32,000 nt of DNA from Sedimentisphaera cyanobacteriorum (GTDB lineage: Bacteria > Planctomycetota > Phycisphaerae > Sedimentisphaerales > Sedimentisphaeraceae), in assembly GCF_001997385.1 (NCBI RefSeq), contig NZ_CP019633.1:2100001-2132000 (forward strand), written 5' to 3'. Positions 14,197 through 22,097 of the stretch are shown in pieces. Within the stretch, counting starts at the first letter, position 1. Every line of letters begins with the position of its first letter. The position numbers and the translations under genes are program-made. The notes below the pieces were generated by a model. It was not told the DNA's origin. It did no database searches and saw only the letters and a program-made list of their open reading frames with translations.

Positions 14197-17100
14197 TTAG
14201 TCTTCTGCGATAATATCGATTTCGCTGAAGAATGTCCCCTGAACGCGGTAATCCGTGAGCCACATCAAATATCTGCATTCCATCCCATCTGGAAAATCTA
14301 CAGAGCTTGCGTGTATATCGCCTTCGCCGAGCTCGGAGGTATCAACATCGGCGATAAGCTTCCAGCCCTTCGGGTTTTCTTTTGTGAGATCGGCTTTCGG
14401 GGAGGCCTCTTCAGAGCCCGCCCAGAGGCTGAATCTTTGAGGAGACCTGTCGGAGTGGTGCCGGGAGAAGGTATTAACCTTTTCCACCTTGGCTTTCTGC
14501 TTCAAATCTGCGATAAATCTGCCGCGTCCGTTGTCGAAGAAAACGTTTTTTGATGGCTGGTCTATTTCTTCAGGAACTTCTGAATCGTTGAGCATATCCA
14601 TAGTTCCCTCGGTTAGGTCGTTCGGACGCACATCAAAGCGGAATTCATTCACAAATGAAAACTCAACATCGCTGCCGGTGGTGCTGTCGGCAAAATCTGA
14701 ACCGCTGGGCTGAACTGTAAGCTGCTCGTATGAGCCGGCCTTCTCAAACCATACATCCCCTGCAGCTTCCTTGCCTTCAACGGGGTTTTTGAAGTTTCCT
14801 GTAAGGCGGGGGTTGTCATTGCGAAGCTGGATTTCTTCTCTGCCATCAAAATTATCGTAGAGGCAGGCAGCGGGTGTTATTGTTTGAGGCTCTCTGCTCA
14901 GGCTGAGGGCAAACACCTTTATCTCCCGGGCATCCGGCAGGGTAATCTCCGTGCAGCCGGAAGGCAGGTCGAAGCCGTATCTGAAGAGGTAGCTGAAGTC
15001 GTATGCCTCGTTTTCGCCTGAAAAATCGTGGCGGTGCGTGCAGAACCATGCGAGCGTATCTCTCTTTATATAGCCCTTCTCTATCCCTGAAACCATGGAC
15101 GGAATCTCCGGATGCCATATCCTGTTGTCCCATTGGCCTATAAAGCCCGTCCATTTCTGAACTGAGAAAGGTCTGCTTTCCCCTGCAATTTTTAAGCTGG
15201 CTTCGGTGTCCTCATTAGCAGCAGCAAGAAGGTAAACGCGGCTGAAATCGCCTTCTGGAAGCTTTACGGTTTGCCCTGTGCACTCCATCGCTGAGGCGTC
15301 TGCGGCAAGCTCAAACTCTACTGAACCGCTGACGATTTTCTCGGGAAGCATTTCTTCCGGTATCGTCTTATTATCCTCGCCGAAGCCTTCGCTTGAATTT
15401 TCGCCGTCTTTTGATGCGCATTTGGTATTGAATGCGAGTTTTGCAGGCTCAGAGATCCTTTGGATTTTCTCTTCTCCTGTGTTTGCGAATTTAACAGCAA
15501 AGCTGCGAATTCCGTTTCTATGAAGCTCGAAGCATAGATTGCCGTCTTTTATTTGAGCATCGCCTATGGGGCGTTCCTGCCCGTCCACCTCGCGTGCTTG
15601 TGAGATGTCCAATGCCGTATCGAAGACTACCTCGCCTGTGTCCCTGCCGAAAAGCTCCTGGAAGCGAAGTATTGTCCAGCTGCCCTTTTCGCTCTTTTTC
15701 ATTGCCCTTAAGGCAGCCTGTTCGGAGCTTATATTCAGCATTGAGAATTCTCTGCCGAGCGAACCGCTGTGTTTGCCTGAATTGAAGGCTCTGATGGGCT
15801 GGTTGAGCCGCCTTGCCTTCTGGTGGGTGAGCCCGTCCTGCCAAGAACCTTCATGGCCGTAGAGGGCATAGACGAAGTTGTGGCGTCCCCAGTCCTGAGT
15901 GAACTGGTCTGTATAGCGGTGTACATCCCCGCCCGGGGTGTAGAGAAGCGTTAGACGAAGAGTGTCCTCGGATGGCTTGTCTGAGCCGAATTTGCAGTCC
16001 TCAAGCACTGAAACGCCGTAGTCCCCGGAAGTATCGGTTAGATCGAACCACTGATGCGAGAGCATCTCGAATATTCTGGGGTTGTTTGTTGGCCTCTGTA
16101 TTGTTCCTGCGCTTTCGGTGTATGTGGCAATCTGATTGTTCACAGTAAGCGGGAAGCTGGCCTTGAGCACCTTTGCAGATTCCTGCCAGTCGATATCGCT
16201 GTGCACTTCAATCCGTCTTCCGCCGCTGCCGGCAGAGAGCCTTATCGTTTGGGTGAAGAAGGAATTTCCTGCCTTCCGTTTTACCCGAATTGCAGCAGAT
16301 GCAGGGCCGTTTTCTGCAATCTCAATTTCAGCAGGCCCATCAACGTACCCAAGCGGCGGGATAGCCCTGTCTTCCCAGTCCATATTCCATGCCGGCCATT
16401 GCTCCGTAGAGCCCTCGAGAAATTCGAGCCTTGCAGGAGATTTAAGCATATTCCTGTCAGCAAGCTTGTCGTAAATCTGGGCTATATCGCCCGCTTCGTT
16501 TATTGTTACAGTGTAGAAGGAATTTTCGAGCTTGTGTCCTGTTGCGCTTACGCCTGTATTCAGACTGCAGGGCTGGGATGAACTCTGCACATCGTACACC
16601 TCGAAGCTTGCAGGCTTCATCTTTGCGCAGAAAGCGATTTTCAGAGAAGAACCTGTCCTCTCGATTATCTGGGAAGGCGCTTCTGTGCCGATGGAAGAAT
16701 AAACCCTTATATGCTCCGGCGCATCGTGTGAATACTGAATTTCCGCTGTTACCAGATCCTCACGGGCAAACTCAAGCGGGTTATAAAGCACCAGAGGCTT
16801 GCCTTCGGTTTTTGTATCAAGCTTAGAAGCCACAGACTGAACTGAATCTGTGAGAACATCTGCGAGGAAGTTCGCTGCGATTATTTCATCGTTCCATGAG
16901 TATTCATACGCCTTCGGGATGGATGTGCCCGGGAGGATGTCGTGCATCTGGCTGGCAAGCACACGTTCCCAGGCGGCCTGAATCCTGTCGGTTGGATACT
17001 TATCGCCGAAAAGCATCGCAGCGCAGGCTGCCCTCTCGGCGGCATCTGCGAGCTGCTCATTCTTTCTGTTCATCCTTTTCACGTAGGACTGAGAGGTGAG

Positions 17101-18033
17101 CGTGCCGAAGGAATGGCCGGTGAGCATCATCTCTCCCTTGTATTTCGGAAGCCTTTCCTTCTGGGCGGGAGTTATATCGTGATAGATCTGCTCAGAGGAG
17201 CCCAAAACCACATCAACTTCTGAATCATCATTGTTCAGGCTTGATACTGCTTTCTTAACGTCTTCCTCTCTGGGAGCACCGCCTCTATCGCCTACACCGT
17301 AGTAGCGGTAGTCGGTATAAACGCCGGAAAGCTTACCGGTGTTGTTAATGCGGTTTACCCATTCCTGATCTGTATCCATTCTTCTATCCACACTCGAAAC
17401 ATACGCTCCGGGGTTGAGTGCCGCTATAACTGAATTTCCGTCCGGACCTTCCCAAACCCCTACGGGGAACGGGATGCCAATAGCTGAGCCCCATGTAAGC
17501 TTCTGTGTGGAAAAGCCTTTCAGTCCGGCATGCGCAAATACAGAAGGCAGAGAATGCGGAAATCCGAAGCAGTCCGGCAGGAGGAAATCCTCGCTCTGTT
17601 TTCCGAATTCATTCTGGAAGTATTCGTTGCCGTAAAGTATCTGGCGGATTATTGATTCCGGCGAGGGCACAAGCACATCGCATTCGTCCACCGATGAGCC
17701 AACCACATGCCAGCGTCCCTTGTCGATATATTCCTTGAGCTTTTCGAACTTCTCAGGGTAGTACTCCTCCATCATTTTGTAGCGTACTGAGCCGGTGAAG
17801 TTGAATTCGTATTCAGGATACTTTTCGAAAAGCTTGAAATTGTCATCAAGTGTGGCCTTTATATACTCGTCAATAGTTTGCTTGTAGTCCCATCGCCATT
17901 GCGTGTCCAGATGCGCATAGCCTACAGCGTAAAGTGTTTTGTCTTTGCTTAGATCTCGTGATTGTGCCAAACAGAATTCCCCCGTGAAAATCAGGAATAA
18001 AAGTACTATTCCCGCAGTTGATTTGATACTCAT
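14197..18033 (-). CDS. Secreted GH38 alpha-mannosidase with ~270-aa C-terminal extension
   Basis: Signal peptide present. The GH38 N-terminal metal-site motif GYAHLDTQWRWDY and YGVGDRGGAP are present. At 1278 aa the protein has the central and C-terminal GH38 architecture plus an extra tail. Confidence 0.8.
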   Translation of the reverse strand: MSIKSTAGIVLLFLIFTGEFCLAQSRDLSKDKTLYAVGYAHLDTQWRWDYKQTIDEYIKATLDDNFKLFEKYPEYEFNFTGSVRYKMMEEYYPEKFEKLKEYIDKGRWHVVGSSVDECDVLVPSPESIIRQILYGNEYFQNEFGKQSEDFLLPDCFGFPHSLPSVFAHAGLKGFSTQKLTWGSAIGIPFPVGVWEGPDGNSVIAALNPGAYVSSVDRRMDTDQEWVNRINNTGKLSGVYTDYRYYGVGDRGGAPREEDVKKAVSSLNNDDSEVDVVLGSSEQIYHDITPAQKERLPKYKGEMMLTGHSFGTLTSQSYVKRMNRKNEQLADAAERAACAAMLFGDKYPTDRIQAAWERVLASQMHDILPGTSIPKAYEYSWNDEIIAANFLADVLTDSVQSVASKLDTKTEGKPLVLYNPLEFAREDLVTAEIQYSHDAPEHIRVYSSIGTEAPSQIIERTGSSLKIAFCAKMKPASFEVYDVQSSSQPCSLNTGVSATGHKLENSFYTVTINEAGDIAQIYDKLADRNMLKSPARLEFLEGSTEQWPAWNMDWEDRAIPPLGYVDGPAEIEIAENGPASAAIRVKRKAGNSFFTQTIRLSAGSGGRRIEVHSDIDWQESAKVLKASFPLTVNNQIATYTESAGTIQRPTNNPRIFEMLSHQWFDLTDTSGDYGVSVLEDCKFGSDKPSEDTLRLTLLYTPGGDVHRYTDQFTQDWGRHNFVYALYGHEGSWQDGLTHQKARRLNQPIRAFNSGKHSGSLGREFSMLNISSEQAALRAMKKSEKGSWTILRFQELFGRDTGEVVFDTALDISQAREVDGQERPIGDAQIKDGNLCFELHRNGIRSFAVKFANTGEEKIQRISEPAKLAFNTKCASKDGENSSEGFGEDNKTIPEEMLPEKIVSGSVEFELAADASAMECTGQTVKLPEGDFSRVYLLAAANEDTEASLKIAGESRPFSVQKWTGFIGQWDNRIWHPEIPSMVSGIEKGYIKRDTLAWFCTHRHDFSGENEAYDFSYLFRYGFDLPSGCTEITLPDAREIKVFALSLSREPQTITPAACLYDNFDGREEIQLRNDNPRLTGNFKNPVEGKEAAGDVWFEKAGSYEQLTVQPSGSDFADSTTGSDVEFSFVNEFRFDVRPNDLTEGTMDMLNDSEVPEEIDQPSKNVFFDNGRGRFIADLKQKAKVEKVNTFSRHHSDRSPQRFSLWAGSEEASPKADLTKENPKGWKLIADVDTSELGEGDIHASSVDFPDGMECRYLMWLTDYRVQGTFFSEIDIIAED

Positions 18034-18189
18034 TTTTTGAACCCTTCAAAATGGAATTATTTTTTGTACGGGCACACACCAATATGCCCAGTAATAAATA
18101 TAATCAATTAGCACTTCTTTTAAAGCTGTGTTTATATCTGTAAGCTTCAGTTTTGCCGCTTTTCGGTTTAAAGCACTTAAATAAATCAC

Positions 18190-18225
18190 AAAAAATAAGC
18201 GGCAGTTCCGCCAAGACCTGCCGCT
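18190..18225 (-). terminator. Rho-independent terminator downstream of galM
   Basis: On the minus strand the stem agcggcag/ctgccgct (8 bp) is followed by TATTTTTT. Confidence 0.7.
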
Positions 18226-18248
18226 GTGTGTTATGCTTTTTTCGGTAT

Positions 18249-19418
18249 TTATTTAGTTTTGAATTTGTAGATTGTTTTTGTGTTGTAAACCTCTCCCGGT
18301 TCGAGGATAGTAGATGGGAACTGAGGCTTATTCGGTGAATCGGGGAAGTGCTGGGTTTCAAGGCAGAATGCGCATCTCTGAACGTATCTTTTGCCTTCCT
18401 TGCCCACAATTGTTCCGTCGAGGAAATTGCCGCTGTAGAACTGCAGCCCGGGCTCTTCTGTCCAAACTTCCATAATCCTGCCGCTGTCGGGTTCGTAAAC
18501 CTTTGCAGCGAGCCCCATGCCTTTGCCTTTATCGAGAACAAAGTTGTGGTCGTAGCCTTTGCCGTATTTCATCTGGATATCGGCAGAGTTTATGTGCTTT
18601 CCGATTTTCTTTGGCTCTGTGAAGTCGAAAGGGCCGTAAACATCCACGATCTCTCCGGTGGGGATAAGTCCTTCATCAACAGGAGTTATCTCTGAGGCAT
18701 TGATCATAAGCTTATGGTCGAGGATTTTCCCGCTGCCCTGTCCATCGAGGTTGTAGTAGTTGTGCTGAGTGAGATTAACCGGTGTAGCCTTGTCTGTTTC
18801 GGCTTTGTAGTCTATTACAAGCTCATTATCTGCAGTTATTGAATATGTTACCACGCAGCGGAGGCTGCCCGGGTATCCTTCCTCGCCGTCTTTGCTGAGG
18901 TAGGTTAGGGTGAGGTTTGCGGCATCTTCTGTTACTGAATGCGTAGCAGACCAAACCCGCTTGTCGAAGCCCTTGTCTCCGCCGTGTAGGTGGTTCTCGC
19001 CGTTATTTGTGGCGAGGGTGTAGGTCTTGCCGTTCAGCTCGAATTTGCCTTTTGCAATACGGTTGCCGTATCTGCCGATAAGGGCGTTGAAATAATCGCT
19101 CTTCTCTTCGAAATCCTTGAGATTATCGAAGCCGAGGAGAATGTCATCGCTCTTGCCGTTCTTGTCAGGTACGTTGAGGTAAGTCATAACCCCGCCATAG
19201 GTGATTATTCCTGCATCCATGCCCTTGCCGTTATCGAGCATATACTCGTACACCTTCTGCCCGTCTTTGGTGGTGCCGAAGTAGCTCTTCTCAATAGAGG
19301 GCTTGAGGCTCTGCTTGGGACACTTCTTGGGTGAGTCTTTTTTCTGGGTTTCAGTGCATGATGAAAGCACCGCAACGCTAAGCACTAATGTTAAGATTGA
19401 AAGTTTACGCAACAGCAT
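18249..19418 (-). CDS. galM: Aldose 1-epimerase (galactose mutarotase), lipoprotein-type signal
   Basis: Motifs GNRIAKGKFELNGKTYTLATNNGENHLHGG, NLTQHNYYNL, GYDHNFVL and FCLETQHFPDSPN are present. The N-terminus has LSSC. Confidence 0.85.
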   Translation of the reverse strand: MLLRKLSILTLVLSVAVLSSCTETQKKDSPKKCPKQSLKPSIEKSYFGTTKDGQKVYEYMLDNGKGMDAGIITYGGVMTYLNVPDKNGKSDDILLGFDNLKDFEEKSDYFNALIGRYGNRIAKGKFELNGKTYTLATNNGENHLHGGDKGFDKRVWSATHSVTEDAANLTLTYLSKDGEEGYPGSLRCVVTYSITADNELVIDYKAETDKATPVNLTQHNYYNLDGQGSGKILDHKLMINASEITPVDEGLIPTGEIVDVYGPFDFTEPKKIGKHINSADIQMKYGKGYDHNFVLDKGKGMGLAAKVYEPDSGRIMEVWTEEPGLQFYSGNFLDGTIVGKEGKRYVQRCAFCLETQHFPDSPNKPQFPSTILEPGEVYNTKTIYKFKTK

Positions 19419-19592
19419 TTTAATAAGCTCCTAAAATTGATTAACAATATAACAGTAATATTATAGACGATGCTGGTTTTTAGTCCAGCAGAAATACAGT
19501 CTGAAAGCTTTTATTTAATATAATAACAATATAAACAACGTTTTTACAAAACTTTTTTTAAGAACTTGTGTTTTTATTGCCTTTTTTACATC

Positions 19593-20729
19593 TCATTCTG
19601 CCGGCGGGAAAACCGCTTTGCACAGGGGCTCTATTTCCTTAGGGCAGACAACTTGCTTTACTGTGCTCAGTTCCCTTCTTACAGGATAATTTTTGCGCAG
19701 GCTGTCGAAGAAGTCCGGCCGCTGAGGGTGCTGCATTGAGAGAATTTTTCTAAGGGAGCTGTCGTCTTTTTCAATGTTATAGATATTTTTAACCGCTTCG
19801 TTCAGTCGGCATTCAACGCTGCCAGATTTCCCGATTTCGATTTTTTCCACTTCCGGAGGCGGGAGGAAGTCTTTTTCGTCCACTCTCTTCGGAATCTGGA
19901 AATGCTCGCACATAGCATTCACCACCATCCTCATCGCTCGGATTTTGGCTTCGATAGCGTGGCCGGCGATATGCGGGGTTGCTATAAAGGCCTTTTCCAG
20001 AAGCGGAGCGGATATTTTCGGTTCGCCTTCCCATACATCTATCACCGCATCGCTGAGCCGTCCGGAATCAAGGGCTTTTATTACTGCTTGAGTATCAGCT
20101 ACAGCCCCTCTTGAGGTGTTTATAAGCACGGCACCAGGCCTGATTTTGGATGCAAAATCAGCGTTGAAATAATGCAGTGTTTTATCAATGCCCGAGCGTA
20201 TTAGCGGCGTGTGAAATGATATAAAATCGCAGCCCAGCATTTCATGTATAGGACGGTATTTTTCTTCTCCTGTTGTCCTTTTGAGGGGAGGGTCGTTCAA
20301 AACCACATCCATCCCGAGCCCCTCGCACCTTTTGGCAGCTCTCGAGCCAACGTTCCCCGCTCCGATAATCCCTATAGACTTGCCCTTAAGCGAAAAGCCG
20401 CGCCTGCAGGCGAGATTGAGTATTGCAGCAGTAACGTAATCAGCTACGCTCACAGCATTGCAGCCTGCAGCTGAGGCAAACGCTATACCCTGCGATTCAA
20501 GATAATCTGTGTCTGCGTGGTCTGTGCCAACTGAAGCGGTTGAGGTGAACTGAACTCTGCTTCCTGTAAGCTCTTCTGCCCCGAGCTTTCTAACGCTTCT
20601 TCCAAGATAGGCATCTATATCCTTGAAATCTGATGGGCTCATATCGCTGCCGTGCTTTATTACGGTTTCGCCAAGCCCCTCGATAGCCTTCTCAATGAAG
20701 GGGATGTGTTTGTCTGCTAATATCTTCAT
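19593..20729 (-). CDS. pdxB: 4-phosphoerythronate dehydrogenase
   Basis: 378 aa, collinear with E. coli PdxB as recalled: MKIL.D...P start, GTDH, GIIGAGNVGSR, FHTPL, INTSRGAV, DVWEGEP, HIAG, and the C-terminal LRKNYPVRRE dimerisation-domain motif. Confidence 0.85.
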   Translation of the reverse strand: MKILADKHIPFIEKAIEGLGETVIKHGSDMSPSDFKDIDAYLGRSVRKLGAEELTGSRVQFTSTASVGTDHADTDYLESQGIAFASAAGCNAVSVADYVTAAILNLACRRGFSLKGKSIGIIGAGNVGSRAAKRCEGLGMDVVLNDPPLKRTTGEEKYRPIHEMLGCDFISFHTPLIRSGIDKTLHYFNADFASKIRPGAVLINTSRGAVADTQAVIKALDSGRLSDAVIDVWEGEPKISAPLLEKAFIATPHIAGHAIEAKIRAMRMVVNAMCEHFQIPKRVDEKDFLPPPEVEKIEIGKSGSVECRLNEAVKNIYNIEKDDSSLRKILSMQHPQRPDFFDSLRKNYPVRRELSTVKQVVCPKEIEPLCKAVFPPAE

Positions 20730-20798
20730 AGCTGGAATTATATATAATTAAGAAGAAAATTTGAAGGATAAAAACAATTGAACAGACTTTGAAGACGT

Positions 20799-20830
20799 AA
20801 AAAAAGCCGCTTGGGATGTCCAATGCGGCT
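20799..20830 (-). terminator. Rho-independent terminator downstream of rpsI
   Basis: On the minus strand the stem agccgc/gcggct has a 14-nt loop and is followed by TTTTTTT. Confidence 0.65.
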
Positions 20831-20854
20831 TTGTAGTACAGTTGAGTAAGAAGA

Positions 20855-21352
20855 TTAACGTTTTGAGAACTGGAATCTTCTTCTTGCGCCCGGCTGACCC
20901 GGCTTCTTGCGTTCTTTCATTCTTCCATCTCTTGTGAGCAGTCCTGCATCACGCAGAGGCTTTGAGAACGAAGATTCGTCGTAGTTTGCCATTGCCCTTG
21001 CAAGCCCCAAAAGAGCCGCCCCTGCCTGGCCTGTAGTACCGCCGCCTTCGACATTAATAAAAACATCAAAGCTCTTCATCGCATCGCATTCTTTCAGCGG
21101 TGCAAGAACGGCTTCCTGATCCTGCTGAAGCCTGAAAAATTCTTTCAGCTTCTTTTCATTTATTGTCAGCTTTCCTGAACCCGGTTTGATCCTCACGCGG
21201 GCAACAGAGCTTTTCCTTCTGCCTACGCCCCAGAAAAATCCGCCTTTATCCGGCTTTGCCTTCTTCTGCTGAGAAGAGCCCTGAACTGCCTGAGCATCGC
21301 TCTGCCCTGCAATTGATGGATCAATGAGCGGGGTTTGTGTGTTTTCATTCAT
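20855..21352 (-). CDS. rpsI: 30S ribosomal protein S9 with ~35-aa N-terminal extension
   Basis: GRRKSSVARVRIKPGSG and the C-terminal ARRRFQFSKR are S9 hallmarks. It lies directly downstream of rplM. Confidence 0.95.
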   Translation of the reverse strand: MNENTQTPLIDPSIAGQSDAQAVQGSSQQKKAKPDKGGFFWGVGRRKSSVARVRIKPGSGKLTINEKKLKEFFRLQQDQEAVLAPLKECDAMKSFDVFINVEGGGTTGQAGAALLGLARAMANYDESSFSKPLRDAGLLTRDGRMKERKKPGQPGARRRFQFSKR

Positions 21353-21371
21353 TCTTATAAACCCTTTTCAA

Positions 21372-21800
21372 TTATAATTCCAACTTTTCCGGCTTCTGTG
21401 CTTCATGTCCGTGCTCCTGGCCGGCATACACTTTCAGCTTCTTGAGCATAGCATCGCCGAGATTGTTCTTTGGAAGCATCCTTTTAACAGCAAGCTTAAC
21501 CACTTCTTCAGGCTTCTTGCTTATCATTTCGCTGAACGGAACAATCTTCCTGCCGCCCGGATATCTGGTGTAGTGGTCATAGAATTTGATTTCCTGCTTG
21601 CGTCCGGTAAGCTTAATCTTATCAGCATTAACAATCACTACATAATCCCCTGTATCAACGTGGGGGGTGTATGTAGGCTTGTTTTTGCCCATCAGTATCG
21701 GGGCAACCTCTGCTGCCAGACGGCCGAGCACCTTGTCTTCTGCATCAATCAGAAGCCATTTGCGCTCCACCTGCCCCTTTTTTGCCATAAAACTTTTCAT
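21372..21800 (-). CDS. rplM: 50S ribosomal protein L13
   Basis: MKSFMAKKGQVERKWLLIDAEDKVLGRLA is a typical L13 N-terminus. I prefer the ATG at 21800 (GGAG 11 nt upstream) over the track start at 21818. Confidence 0.95.
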   Translation of the reverse strand: MKSFMAKKGQVERKWLLIDAEDKVLGRLAAEVAPILMGKNKPTYTPHVDTGDYVVIVNADKIKLTGRKQEIKFYDHYTRYPGGRKIVPFSEMISKKPEEVVKLAVKRMLPKNNLGDAMLKKLKVYAGQEHGHEAQKPEKLEL

Positions 21801-21979
21801 TTCAAGCTTTCTCCACATATTTTTATCATCTTGCCCGTTTTGCAGTGTCCTAATTAAATGAACGGGTTAATCAAGGAACAGCAGCAAGCCCTTCTGCGAA
21901 ACTGTGGACATCTGCAGAACCGCTTACAGCCGCCGAAATCACTGCAAAAGCGTTGGCTGTACTGTTACACGAAAGGGTA

Positions 21980-22007
21980 ATATTATTTAACGGCCGAGAA
22001 ATTTCAA
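21980..22007 (-). promoter_or_regulatory. Candidate sigma-70 promoter for rplM-rpsI (TTGAAA-16-TAATAT), giving a ~170-nt leader
   Basis: On the minus strand TTGAAA (22007-22002) and TAATAT (21985-21980) are separated by a 16-nt spacer. This is a motif match only. Confidence 0.3.
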
Positions 22008-22028
22008 CAGATTTATTGCTTTTTTTGC

Positions 22029-22069
22029 AAAAAAATTGAGCGGGAAGCATAAAAGCTGCCCCGCTCAAT
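22029..22069 (-). terminator. Rho-independent terminator downstream of the GH2 gene
   Basis: On the minus strand the 10-bp stem attgagcggg/cccgctcaat has a 15-nt loop and is followed by TTTTTTT. Confidence 0.8.
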
Positions 22070-22097
22070 TACTTACCCAAAACGCTCTGGGGTTTTC

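Noticed and set aside
14255-17738. Many 60-175-aa ORFs lie on the + strand and in other minus frames inside the GH38 gene. Similar ORFs lie inside the GH2, PBP, pdxB, sigma and DUF4914 genes.
   Set aside because: All are nested in long ORFs with strong family motifs. Their translations are compositionally biased and lack starts with an SD.
21871-22068. The 65-aa minus-strand ORF between the GH2 gene and rplM.
   Set aside because: It spans the GH2 terminator hairpin and the predicted rplM promoter and leader. It has no SD or motifs.
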